Assembly: GCA_951406725.2 (NCBI GenBank)
Contig: OX597816.1
Coordinates: 11,408,001-11,472,000 of the forward strand
Source of the DNA: Octopus vulgaris
Lineage: Eukaryota
Direction: 5' to 3'
Length of the DNA stretch: 64,000 nt
The notes beneath the pieces are model-generated. The model ran no database searches. It saw nothing but the letters and a program-made list of their open reading frames with translations, and was not told the origin of the DNA. Position numbers and translations under genes: made by a program. Below are positions 13,388-26,247 of this stretch, one piece after another. Position 1 is the stretch's first letter. Every line of letters begins with the position of its first letter.

Positions 13388-13464
<77 letters not shown>

Positions 13465-13810
13465 AAGAAGAAGAAGAAGAAGGAGAAGGAGAAGAAGAAG
13501 AGGAAGAAGAAGAAGGAGAAGAAGGAGAAGAGGAAGAAGAAGAAGGAGAAGAAGAAAAAGAAGAAGAAAATGAAGAAGAAGGAGGAGGAGGAAAAGAAGA
13601 AGAAGAAGAAGAAGAAGAAGAAGAAGAAGAAGAAGAAGAAGAAGAAGAAGAAGAAGAAGAAGAAGAAGAAGAAGAAGAAGAAGAAGAAGAAGAAGAAGAA
13701 GAAGAAGAAGAAGAAGAAGAAGAAGAAGAAGAAGAAGAAGAAAATGAAGAAGGAAGAGGAGAAGAAGGAAAAGGAGAAGAAGAAAATGATGAAGAAGAAG
13801 AAGAAGATGG
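13140..13810. repeat. Compound trinucleotide microsatellite (ATG/AAT/GTA/GAA)n
   Basis: Direct inspection. Long (GAA)n-rich run at about 13435-13810. Confidence 0.95.
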
Positions 13811-14410
13811 AGATTCAACAGAAAGATGAGAATAGTCGATAAGTTGCTGCCAAATATTAAAGAAGATACACAGGAAATGATGTTATATGCCAAGTTTTCA
13901 TTAATCATAGAACGACTGCCACAAATCAACAGGTTTTGGAACTGTTGTGCTCTAAATAGTCTGCAGAAATTATAAGTAATTGGAATATCATTATATGTCA
14001 TTGTCTGTGGCAATGGAAGACCTTGACCAAATTTAATGGAAGAAATGGTGTGCGTTACAGTCTATACTAAACAACTTGCTCTGTTAATATACAAGCGAGT
14101 GATGGGATACTATGAAGAGGGTAGAATATGGACGGGCTATGAGGCAAAGGGTCATGGAAATTCCGTGAAAGGGATATCAGTAAGGGAGCATATTCAAAAT
14201 GAGATGATTTGAAAATGGAGCGGAGGGAAGGATGTGATCGCAGAATATTGAAAGCAAAAGTTTGTTTCAACACAGGAATTCACATAAAGAATCTTGCAAA
14301 CCAGACACAAAAACAAAGTATACACACACGCACTAACATACACACACAAACACACACAGACACACACACATACGCACACACACACATGCACACACACGCA
14401 TGCATATACG

Positions 14411-14441
<31 letters not shown>

Positions 14442-14464
14442 ACATGCACACATTTTGGTAAAAA

Positions 14465-14867
14465 TTTCCATTAGTCATTTCACTGTGGCCATGCTGGAGC
14501 CCCAGCTTTAGCCAAACGAATTGACCCCAGGTCTTATTCTTTGTAAGCCTAGTACTAATTCTATCGATCTCTTATGCTGAACCACTAAATTACACCAATA
14601 CTGGTTGTCAAGCACTAAATACACCAATACTGGTTGTCAAGCAATGGTGAGGAAGGGGATGAACAGAGACTCACAAACATATACATACACACACACATAT
14701 ATGTAATAGGCTTCTTTCAGTTTCTATCTATTAAATCCAATCACAAGGCTTTAGTCAGCCTGAGGCTATAGTAGAAGACACTTGCCCAAGATGCTCGCAG
14801 CAGGACTGAACCTGGAACTGTGTGGTTCGTAAGCAAGCTTCTTACCACACAGTCACTTCTGCGCCTA
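14465..14867 (-). mobile_element. SINE family 1 copy
   Basis: Homology to 829-1236. Confidence 0.8.
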
Positions 14868-15882
14868 TATAAAATGTTGTTATAAAAACCACAAATATTG
14901 TTAATTGCAGTTATCTAGTGGCTATGAAACCCTGAGTAGCTGTAAGTAACAAGATTTCTGGTTTTTGTTTTAACAGTATCTTTACTCTCTTAGCTGATCA
15001 AGTGCTATTCTATTAGTTAAAGCCTTACTACATAGTATATATACATACATATATATACATATATACATACATATAATGATACATATTTATGTATGTATAT
15101 ACATACTTACATGCACCATACGTAAATACATATGTGCATACACCCACATACATCTATACATTACACCATGCATATGGACATACACACATACATACCTGCA
15201 TGCATTCATACACATACAATTCATATATGCATACATGGAAAAAGCGTATACCATCATTGGTATAAATTCACATCCATATTAATAATAATAAGTTGTACAC
15301 TTATTTTTGCTAAATATCATCATCATCACAGTCATTGTTTATTGTCCGCTTTCCATGCTGGCATGGGTTGGATGGCTTGACTGAGTGCTGGCTCAAAAGC
15401 CAGAAGGCTGTACCAAGCTCCAATTCGATCTGGCAAAGTTTTACAACTGGATGCCCTTCCTAACACCAACCACTCTGAGAGTGAGGTGAGTGCTTTTTAC
15501 ATGCCACCAACACGAGGGCCAGTCAGGCGGTACAGTCATCAGCCACGACAACTATTTCACTTGGCTCAAAAGGTTTTCGCAAGTGCAGTTTATTCCCCAC
15601 TGATTGGAGGGTACACTTAAATGGGCTGTTTATGCTGCACTAGCATATAATTGGAAAAAGAAAATGTCCAACCATACCCCTTCTTGTTGACTCCAATCAT
15701 TTCAGTTCTCCATTCACACATGTCAGATGCCCAAATGCAAACCTGGAAGTACATGTAATGCTCCTACTGGATAGCAGAGGGGAAATCTGAAGGTGGACCA
15801 GCTTTATATTATGCTCTACTACATTCTTAACAGAATATACCATAACTATATACATATATGTATATGTATATATATGTGTGTG

Positions 15883-15933
<51 letters not shown>

Positions 15934-15936
<3 letters not shown>

Positions 15937-16671
15937 AATAAATATTAGGGAATAAATCCAAACTTACAGGGAAAAATCAGATTTAGGATTGAATCCAATT
16001 TTATAGTAAAATATATTATATTAAATTAGAGACAAAACCACTATTAGGCAAATCATACAATGAAAAACTTAAGCCAATACATAAGATTATTTAATTTATC
16101 ATCATCATTCATCATCATCATCATTTAGCGTCCGTTTTCCATGCTAGCATGGGTTGGACGGTTCTGCTGGGGTCTGTGAAGCTAGAAGGCTTCATCAGGC
16201 CCAGTCAAATCTGGCAGTGTTTCTACGGCTGGATGCCCTTCCTAACGCCAACCACTCCGTGAGTGTAGTGGGTGCTAACGGACACGAAACGGGGCGGTGC
16301 TGGCAACGGTCGCGAAACGGAAATTATATTATTTAAATATATAACAAAATTATTAAAAAAATATAATCAATATATCACTATGATCGTTTCATGGCTGTTA
16401 ATTTCTTTAAATTTTCGAGTTACAGTCATTCATCAGGTGGTTTAAATATTTATCTTGGTGAGGTTTAAACCACCTGATGAATGATTGTAACTCGAAAATT
16501 TAAAGAAATTAACAGCCATGAAACGATCGTAGTGATATATTAATTATATTTTTTTTAATAATTTTGTTATATATTTAAATAATATAAATTAAATAATCTT
16601 ATGTATTGGCTTAAGTTTTTCATTGTATGATTTGCCTAATAGTGGTTTTGTCTCTAATTTAATAATATAAT
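15934..16671. mobile_element. Fold-back PLE-type pseudo-LTR insertion (family A); left arm interrupted by a SINE at 16099-16320
   Basis: Inverted arms meet at a loop at 16447-16463. Flanked by (TA)n. Carries the gagacaaaaccacta family signature and an HHR in each arm. Confidence 0.8.
16471..16534 (+). ncRNA. Type I minimal hammerhead ribozyme
   Basis: cac-CTGATGA-atg...cat-GAAAC-gatc-GTA-gtg. Palindromic stem III (acgatcgt), GUA cleavage triplet. Confidence 0.7.
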
Positions 16672-16834
16672 ATATATATATATATATATATATGCATGCT
16701 AAATCAAGACCCACCTTAGACTCCTCACTCGTATCATTATCGAACCAAGAGTTTAACTACTATCTGTCCCTAGCACTTACTTAGTGTACCTGCCACTCTT
16801 TGGGTCTTCTAGATACCAATACCTCTCGTATATG

Positions 16835-16923
<89 letters not shown>

Positions 16924-17910
16924 ATGTATGTATGTATGTATGTATGTATGTATGTATGTATGCATGTATGTGTGTATGCTAAAGTTTTCAGAAAAAGAAA
17001 TCAACCAGCCAACATGCACATTCCAAATACAATCTGTAAGTGGAGCAGTAAAAATATGTAATGGTTGTAATTTTTAATGTGAATTTGTTTTGTTATCTCC
17101 ATTCAAAAGATGAAGCATTGTATCTTTGGTAGAACAAGCTTCTTCCTTACAGGAAGATTTCAAATCACTAAAAAATAGAAGGAAACATAAGTATATAAAT
17201 GTATATATGATGGCAGTGTGTTATGATAAACTTATGTTCAAAGTTTTAAGTGTGATATCATCCAAAAAAAAAATATATACATATATATATATATACTGAA
17301 TTTATACTTGCATGCTTTGATGATGATGTTGGTGGTTGTGATAGTGTTGATGCTGCTGATGCTGATGCTGATGATGATGATAATAACGATTTCAACAGCA
17401 AGAACAACGATCCAGAGAGTAGAAATGGTTTGATGTAGTTCACAAGACAAAATTTTTTATGGAAACAGAAATTCTTTACTTAATGTTAACAGTTTGATCA
17501 AACTTCTCCATCAAATTTTCTGAAGAAACCCAATCAAAACCCTTGACGCCCACCCCCACCCCTCACGCCTAGACGTTTGCTTCTGAACCACATGGTTTCA
17601 GGTTCAGTTCTGATGTGCAGCACCTTGGGCAAGTGTCTTCCACTATAGCCTAAGGCCGACCAAAGCATTCTAAGTGAATTTTACAAATGGAAACTGAAAG
17701 AAGCACTTCATATATATGTGTGTGTGTGTGTGTGTTTGTATTTCACTACTGCTTGATAAGTGGTGTTAGTGTGTTTACATCCCCATAACTTAGCAGTTCT
17801 GCGAAAGAGACTTATATAATGAAGCTTAAAATAAATTAGTACATTAGTAGTAATTAGTAAATTAGTACATTCATGCTAATTAGTAAATTAGTACATTTGA
17901 TTAGCATAAG

Positions 17911-18270
17911 ACTGGCTGTGTGGTAAGTAGCTTGCTTAGCAACCACATGGTTCCAGGTTCAGTCCCACTGCATGGCACTTTGGGCATGTGTCTTCTACTA
18001 TAGCCTCAGGCCGACCAAAGTCTTCTGAGTGGATTTGGTAGACGGAAACTGAAAGAGGCCCGTTGTATATATGTATAAATATATATGTATGTGTCTGTGT
18101 TTGTACCCCTCCAGCATCACTTGACAACCGATGCTGGTGTGTTTACATCCCCTTAACTTAGCAGTTCAGCAAAAGAGACCGATAGAATAAGTCCTGGGGT
18201 TGATTTACTCGATTAAAGGCGGTGCTCCAGCATGGCCACAGTCAAATGACTGAAACGAGTAAAAAAGTAA
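17911..18270 (+). mobile_element. SINE family 1 copy (a degenerate copy precedes it at ~17575-17835)
   Basis: Homology to 829-1236. Confidence 0.8.
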
Positions 18271-18889
18271 GGTAGAATGGGATGCAGTCTTATAACTGGA
18301 ACTAGTAAAAGCGAAACCCCATCCTTAATTTTTGCATTCCTTCTGGCGTTGTAACATAGATTCCAGGTTTGGTGATTCCTTCTCTAATTGTTCCTGCAAG
18401 ATCTTAGATTGCCAAGAGAATAAAACAGTTTTTCATGTATAAACACTATGAGAACCTACTAGAATAACTCAGGAGAAATATTTAGGGACGCCTGCTGAAT
18501 AAAAAGTTAATAGTCAAGTAGGCACTGCCATACTTCATGTTGTAAACCAAAAAATTTTAATTAATCAAAATTATACCCTTAATGACATGAAAAGTCATTA
18601 TAGAAATTTCTAATTTTGCAGGAGAAAGGCAGTATGGACAAACCTAGAATTAAAATTAATTAAAATTAATTAATATTAATTAAAATAGAATGTAGTGGGT
18701 GGGGAGTGAGAGTGTGATCTTTGGTAACATGAGGACAATTCCAGACATCTTCCTACCCACTTCTAACAACTTGTCTCCATCTTTTCACCAAAATCTTCTT
18801 CCATTCATCAATTTAGCCGATTTGTCTTCTTCGTTAGCTTATTCTGTTTTCCTAGCACTTTCGTTTCCTCTTTCTCACTCTTAGATTAT

Positions 18890-19015
18890 CTTTGTCTGTC
18901 TGCTGGCTGTCTGTCTGTGTATTTATGTATGCATGTCTATATGTATGTATGTGTGTATGTATGTATGTATGTATGTATGTATGTATGTGTGTATGTATGT
19001 ATGTATGTATGTATG

Positions 19016-19056
<41 letters not shown>

Positions 19057-19227
19057 GTCTATCTATCTATCTATACATGCATACATATATACACATATAT
19101 TTTTATCACCCTCTCTCTCTCTCTTTATCTATCTATTTGTCTGTTTGCCTGTCTGTCTATCTATCTATCTGTCTATCTTTCTGTCTGTCTATCAATCTGT
19201 CTCTCTATCAATCTATCTATCTTTCTT

Positions 19228-19308
<81 letters not shown>

Positions 19309-19370
19309 GCATATGTACATATATATATATGTGCATACTTACATCTATATGTATATATATATATGCATAT
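18890..19370. repeat. (TATG)n/(TATC)n/(TA)n microsatellite
   Basis: Direct inspection. Confidence 0.95.
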
Positions 19371-19374
19371 GTAG

Positions 19375-19930
19375 GCACAGGACGTCATGAAACATGTGCA
19401 ACAAAAAAGTACGACACACAAATGCATGGAACATGAACCATTCTTTCAAACAACGAAAGACACAAATGGAAATCAAGGCAAACAACATAAAGAACGACCC
19501 TTCATCAGTTGTTGCCTGTTTCTCTAGTCTCGTATTTTGAGCATTTAACAACAATATACACTTTTGATAAAACAGTTGTTCCTGTAAAGCAAATTAAATA
19601 AAATTTGGAATTTTTCTGAAGGGTCAAAATAGGTAACTCAGACAGGATAGTGAAAACAAACAGGAGGTTGTGGTGGCGAATGCATAAATCAAGCTAGGAC
19701 AGGAGACAAACAAGAACATGTGTTCCTTGTTCCAGCTACAACAGAGAGAAAGAAAGAAAGATGGCCAATGGTCACGTGGGCAAGAGAGGTGGAGTGAGAG
19801 AGAGAGAGTGACAGTGTAATAGGATAGAATAGTGGGAGAAGAGGAGGTAAAAGAATAAGAGAAAGAAAAATGAAAGAGTAAAATGGTCGTATAGAGTGCA
19901 CACCATAATTATTAAGATAAAACTTACTTG
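19375..19930 (-). mobile_element. Dispersed element with a permuted hammerhead-like motif (copy 2)
   Basis: Homologous to 2220-2540 and bracketed by TA-rich microsatellites. The 5' boundary is approximate. Confidence 0.65.
19497..19560 (-). ncRNA. Candidate non-circularly permuted hammerhead (G12 lost, AAAA)
   Basis: tgtAT-A, ttgttgt, taaat, gctc-AAAA-tacg, 15 nt, gcaacaa-CTGATGA-a-gggt. Stem I (7 bp), stem II (gggt/gctc) and stem III (Atacg/tgtaT) all pair. Confidence 0.55.
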
Positions 19931-19962
19931 TAAGAGGATGCGTGGCATTCAATCATATAATA

Positions 19963-20004
<42 letters not shown>

Positions 20005-20935
20005 TGTACTTATATATGTATGTATATATTATCAACTGAAAAGAATGTAGATAAATAAGCCTTACCATTGGCAGAGTAATCTGAATGCTAAAGGGTTAAA
20101 GAACGTACCATTTCTGCCGCTACTGCTGCTGATGTTGCTGTTTGGGTTGTTGAGTTATTGATTTCTCTCAGCTCTAATTTCTCAGCTCCTTAGTCTTCGT
20201 AACTAAATGAAAACCCCAACTCAGACCTGAAGACAACTAGCATCTCTAAATCAATGCTTACAATTACTTTCCAATCATGGACAGGAAGCAGTATTTCCTG
20301 TTTGGTTTTTGCATTTGGTCTGAGACACACAGGTTAAGTTACATGATCATTGGTCAAGAAGGGGAAACAGAATATGTCTTGGGTTTGAACCAACATAAAG
20401 AAAAAAAAATGAAAAATAAAAACAATGGTGGAACTGAAAGGATGAAAGGCAAAATTGACCTCAGCAGAATTTGAACTCAGAACATAAAGAGCTGGAAGAA
20501 TATTTGCATAGCATTTCGCATTTCGATCAGTACAGTAAAAAAAAAAATCTACTATAATAATACACTTGTGTTTTTCTCTGTCACAACACAGGAATGAGAA
20601 AGGAAGGGGTGATAGATAAATAAGGAAGGAAGGGGTGGTGTCAAACTGGTAGTGGGAGCGTTTCAACTCTGTGTGAGTATATATGTGTGTATGCAAAAGG
20701 GAGTTATGTGAATGTTTGTGTGTGTGAATGTGTGTATGTAGAAAGGAAGTAGGATGGTGAACACCGAAAAGAAAAATCAAACAGCGTTTCAACTTGTGTG
20801 AGTATATGTGTATATGTGTGTGCATGTACAAGGGAAGTATGTGAATGTTTGTATGTTTGAACCAGCATTCTTTCAGTAACAAATGATGATCGATGTCACG
20901 TCTCAAAAGACAACCACTAGATAACATTGACAAGT

Positions 20936-21058
20936 AGGTGAAGGTAAAGAATACACACATCCAGTGTTTAGGGTAAGGATTAGAGTTAGGGTTTAGGGTT
21001 AGGGTTAGATTTAGGGTTATGCCAAAAATGGGTGGTGTGCATATTTTTTACCACCACT
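20936..21058. mobile_element. MITE-like element with internal (TTAGGG)-like repeats
   Basis: Imperfect inverted ends ggtaaagaatacacacatcc / gggtggtgtgcatatttttacc around degenerate TTAGGG repeats at 20968-21019. Confidence 0.5.
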
Positions 21059-21454
21059 GATAAGTGTATTAACTTGATTTACCATCCATATTTATATATT
21101 AAATACTACAATTAGCCGTCATTTTTGACGGCACAGGGCCAGCTGGTAAAATATATTTATGATGCAATAGAAGTGAGTTTACTTCAACTGGGAGTGAAAA
21201 CCACATACAAACATATAATTTTACTGCTCCTGTAGATACTCTTTCATCATTATTTAAAGTCTGTTCACAGGGGTTGGCAAACCAGAGAACTGCATCAAAC
21301 TCCAACATCTGCTCTCACATGGTTTCTATGACTGAATGCCCTTCCTAATGCCAACCAATTTACCGAATGTACTGGGTGCTTTTTACGCAGCTCTGTCTAT
21401 AGTGAGGTTGCCAAATAACCTGGAAGACCAGACCTGTTAAATGAAATAGGGGTA

Positions 21455-22555
21455 CAAGATGTGATCAAAAAGTATAAGGACTGTTGCTATGTACACAGTT
21501 AAATTACACCAAGTAAAGCTGCTTGACACAGATTGACCTTGAACTCTCTCTCTCATGCACAATGAGATATAAGTTCTGCTTGGAGGCGGCGAGCTGGCAG
21601 AACCATTAGTGTGTTGGGCGAAATGCTTAGTATTTCGTCTGCCGCTACGTTCTAAGTTTAAGTTCTGTCAAGGTCGACTTTGCCTTTCATCCTTTCAGGG
21701 TCGATAAATTAAGTACCAGTGATGCACTGGGGTCGATGTAATTGACTTAATCCGTTTGTCTGTCCTTGTTTGTCCTCTCTGTGTTTAGCCCCTTGTGGGT
21801 AGTAAAGAAATAGGTATTTCGTCTGCTGCTATGTTTTGAGTTCAAATTCCACCAAGGTCAACTTTGCTTTTCATCTCTTCGGGGTTGATTAAATAAGTAC
21901 CAGCTACGTACAGAGGTCGATATAATTGACTTAATCCGTTTGTCTGTCCTTGTTCGTCCTCTGTGTTTAGCCCCTTGTGGGTAGTAAAGAAATAGGTAAA
22001 GCATGTAGGGTGTGGTCATCTCACCACACCGTGGAGGTTTCATCCATGACTATGGCAGAGAAAATATATGAGAGATGTGAGTGTGGATGTGGAGAGAGAT
22101 AAGGCTTGAAGGTTACTACAAGCAAGAATCTTTCCGAAGATGAAATCCCTACTTGAAAGGAACAAGATTTCAAGACTTCAAGAAATCCAAGAAAAATGTG
22201 ATGAGGCAGCTGCTCGCTATCCCAGCAAAGGAGTTCCAAGAATGCTTCCATCAATGGAAATAGAACTAAATGAAGTGAGTGGCTTCACTACAAGCAAGAA
22301 CCTTTCTGAAAATGAAATCCCTACTTGAAAGGAACAAGATTTCAAGACTTCAAGAAATCCAAGAAAAATGTGATGAGGCAGCTGTTCGCTATCCCAACAA
22401 AAGAGTTCCAGGAATGCTTCCATCAATGGAAATAGAATTAAATAAAATGTGTGCTTCAGGAGGAGGCTACTTCGAAGCAGATTAAATACCAAATTGATGT
22501 GTGTTGCAGTTTTCTTTTTCTAGCATCAGTCCAGATACTTTTTGATCAGACTTTG
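21455..22555 (+). mobile_element. Internally deleted mariner element with a nested SINE dimer (21583-21995)
   Basis: TA-flanked imperfect TIRs caagatgtgatcaaaaagtat / atactttttgatcagactttg. Frameshifted transposase C-terminus (..PKMKSLL..ECFHQWK..KCxxSGGGYFEAD*) duplicated in tandem with a 172-bp period. Confidence 0.8.
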
Positions 22556-22924
22556 TAGAATTGAGAGAGAGATGGCCTAATGCCAGATGATGAGAGATTA
22601 ATGTATGATAGAAGAACAGGAACAGGTGTCTTAGCGTAGAGGAGATCTATGGTTGTTACCCCAGTTAGAAGAGACAGAGGATGGTATTAAAAATGCCTCT
22701 AACTGTCTTAGCATACTTATCTAACTACAACAACCGTAGTCTTCACACACAATATACACTAACCATTTTATTACGAGATGCTGCACTGGAAATTTATTGC
22801 TTACAACTCATTACATTCTTGGCACAGCATAAAAGGTTTCAACTGTGTTATGACCAAATTTAATTACTCATAACTTAGAAGTCACACACAAGCTTACACA
22901 CACAAATATGCACATATACATACA

Positions 22925-22971
<47 letters not shown>

Positions 22972-23009
22972 CATCATCATCATCCTTTAATGACTAATAT
23001 ATACATTCG

Positions 23010-23041
<32 letters not shown>

Positions 23042-23079
23042 CATACGTACATATATATACATATATGTATGTGTGTGTG

Positions 23080-23110
<31 letters not shown>

Positions 23111-23192
23111 ATATATATATATACCGATACATACATACATACGTACATACATATACATATATGTATATATGTGTGTATATATATTTATATAT

Positions 23193-23226
<34 letters not shown>

Positions 23227-23885
23227 GTATGCACATACACACATACACACATATTCATAGATTTAGAAATAAAGAATATGGCTATTGCGCAATATCTTAA
23301 AAAAATTTTTCTGAAGTTTCTTCATTGCATATATTGATTTTTGCATTGAAATATCATCATTTGCGACTCTATTAGTCTGTGTATGTGTGTACACGTGCCT
23401 GTGTGTGTATGTGTGCATAACAGTGTATGTGTTTATTATATCAAAAGTTGATAGCCTCCTCTGCACAAAGCCATTCATTATGGTCGTCAACAGCTCAGCC
23501 CAGAGGAGAGACAGTCAATTTGGATATAATAATCATGTTTCTCTCAGTATTAAGTTTTATGCAACATAATGTTTGCATTATGTAAAATATTTTACAGTTC
23601 TTACATTACAATCTAAGCATTGCTGTCTATGTGTGTATGTATATATCTGTGTGTGTGTGTGTCTTTGCATGTACATGTTGCTACGTATGAGTGTATGTAT
23701 ACATATATATATATATATACATGTGTGTGTATGTGTTGTGTGTATATACTGTATATGCATTTGATTGTAAATCATCATTATTGTCATTTAATGTTCACTT
23801 TCCCATGGTTTCCGTAATATATATACATATATGTATGTATATATATATGTATTTATGTATGTATATATGTATATGTATACATATA

Positions 23886-23923
<38 letters not shown>

Positions 23924-23926
<3 letters not shown>

Positions 23927-24125
23927 CCCGGGTTGATTCGGGGTTAACCACAGTAAGTAAGGTACTCAATACATAGCAGAGTAAAATTAATTTATTATAT
24001 AGAAGGAGCTTCTACAGGACTAGTACTGTTTCATTCAAGAGAAATCTTCAGGAAGCTCAGGAGCTTCCTGAAGATTTCTCTTGAATGAAACAGTACTAGT
24101 CCTGTAGAAGCTCCTTCTATATAAT

Positions 24126-24132
<7 letters not shown>
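23924..24132. mobile_element. Fold-back PLE-type insertion (family B) in (TA)n
   Basis: Perfect 72-bp arms (23987-24058 / 24061-24132) with a 2-nt loop and an extra ~63-bp tail on the left. Confidence 0.8.
24061..24113 (+). ncRNA. Type I hammerhead ribozyme (mirror copy on - at 24006-24058)
   Basis: gagcttc-CTGAAGA-tttctcttgaat-GAAAcag-tactagtc-ctGTA-gaagctc. Stem I has 7 or more bp, stem III is acag/ctgt, and the GUA site is after 24106. Confidence 0.8.
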
Positions 24133-24178
<46 letters not shown>

Positions 24179-25099
24179 CATATATATATATATATGTAAA
24201 TATATGAGTATACATGTATATATGTATACATATATATGTGTGTATATATATGTATATTTATATATGTATGTAAATATATATATGTATATATGTGTGTATA
24301 TATTTATGAGTGTGTGTGGTGTGTCCGTGTGTCTGTATATATATATATATATATACACATGTATATATAGATTTATATATATACATATATATATATAGTT
24401 TATAAATATATACATATATATACAAATCTCTACACATCTATACACAATATACATATATATACATAGGTGCAGGTGTAGCTGTGTGGTACAATGTTTGCTT
24501 CCCAGCCACATGGTTCCAGGTTCAGTCTCGCTGTATGGTTCCTCAGACAAGTGTCTTCTACAATAACCTTGAGCTGACCAAAGCCTTGTGGATGGATTTG
24601 TTAGATGGAAACTGAAAGAAGCTCATCAAATGTATGTGTTTGTGTGTGTATATATATATATATATTTATACTAAAACTCCAAGTTTTTATGTTTTCCTGC
24701 CATTTGCTTAAGATGATAAAGATTACAAATAAAATAGTTGTTTCCCCATTTAAGAAAAAGAAATCAAGTTGAAAATGTCGACACTTCAAAGAGACATGTC
24801 ATCTACCACTTATCCGTCCTTTTCTCTTACTTTCTTTTTTTGCCCCTTAATCATTTATATAAATGCTGTGGACTTGAAAGATAAAAATTCTCCTTATATT
24901 TTTATGAGATATTTTAGAATTACAGGTACTCGATTTTTTTTCCTTTAAGGGAAAAATTACTATTTTATTTAAAATAAAGTATTAATCTTTATAATCTTAA
25001 TCAAAATGCAGAAAAACACAGCAAGAGCTGGGCTATCTCTTTATAGGTGAAAATCTGTTGTAATGGGGAGAACTGAATCTCATAAAAATAGAAAAAGAA

Positions 25100-25410
25100 A
25101 CAGCAACAAATGGGTTGTACCTTATAGTGAAACTCTTTTAAGAGCATTCAAATGCCACTGCAATGCTGAAATCATTGCCTCAGTGAAGTCAATTAAGTAT
25201 GTCATCAAGTACATGCTGAAAGGAAATGAACAAGCTGCTGTTCAAATAAACAATGATAATGAAATTAGTGAATATCTGATGAGTAGGTATATTGGACCAT
25301 CTGAAACATTTGCACTCATTTTAGGATTTTCAATTCATGAACGAGAAGCTTCAATAGTGAGACTGCAAGTTCAGCTACCAGATGAAAAAAGAATATTGCA
25401 CAGAAATTAT
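25100..25410 (+). pseudogene. Helitron RepHel (Rep domain) fragment
   Basis: NKWVVPYS..LL.AFKCHCNAE..SVKSIKYVIKYMLKG...NEISEYLMSRYIG...GFSIHER...RLQVQLP matches the conserved Helitron Rep region, including the YxxKYxxK motif. Confidence 0.85.
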
Positions 25411-25636
25411 GAGGATATATATGGCTGTCAATGAACAACATATGAGAACAATATTGATAGAATTCTTTTCAGGTACAGGAGTAGTTGTGTGGTAAGCAGC
25501 TTGCATACCAGCCACATGGTTCCAGTTTCAGTCCCACTGTGTGGCACCTTGGGCAAGCGTCTTCTACTATAGCTTTGGGCTGACCAAAGCCTTGTGAGTG
25601 GATTTGGTAGACAGAAACTGAAAGAAGCCCGTCGTA

Positions 25637-25668
<32 letters not shown>

Positions 25669-25679
<11 letters not shown>

Positions 25680-26063
25680 TTAGAGACAAAACCACTATTT
25701 TGTAAAACAAACAAGGAAAGACTTAATCAATACATAAAATTTTAATAAAAAGTTAAAAAAACCGCCACTACAATTGCTTCATGTCCTCAATGACAATCTT
25801 CCGATTTTCAAATCAGTTTCAATTGAAACTGATTTGAAAATCGGAAATCCACCTGAAGATTGTCATTGAGGACATGAAACAATTGTAGTGGCGGTATTTT
25901 TACTTTTTATTAAAATTTTATGTATTGATTAAGTCTTTCCTTGTTTGTTTTACAAAATAGTGGTTTTGTCTCTAATTAATATTATATAATATTTTACTAT
26001 AAAATTGGATTTAATCCTAAATCTGATTTTTTCCCTGTAAATTTGGATTTATTCCCTAATATT

Positions 26064-26069
<6 letters not shown>
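25669..26069. mobile_element. Fold-back PLE-type insertion (family A)
   Basis: Loop-less palindrome centred at 25822/25823. The left arm lacks 10 bp that include the start of the HHR core. The right arm has an ~80-bp tail ending ttccctaatatttatt(at)n. Confidence 0.85.
25849..25891 (+). ncRNA. Type I minimal hammerhead ribozyme
   Basis: ccac-CTGAAGA-t-tgtc-attgag-gaca-t-GAAAC-aatt-GTA-gtgg. Palindromic stem III (acaattgt). Confidence 0.8.
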
Positions 26070-26107
<38 letters not shown>

Positions 26108-26197
26108 TATATATATAATATATACCGAATTCTACCAGTAAATAATTGGGGTTTTTTTAAAAGCCTTTATAGAAATTATTTACTCTTATTATTATAT

Positions 26198-26247
<50 letters not shown>

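Noticed and set aside
13213-14013. Long poly-Leu/Lys/Arg ORFs, and all YI/CV/HT-repeat ORFs in the track
   Set aside because: They are microsatellite artefacts.
20968-21019. True telomere or chromosome-fusion scar
   Set aside because: The tract is short, degenerate, in one orientation and enclosed by inverted repeats.
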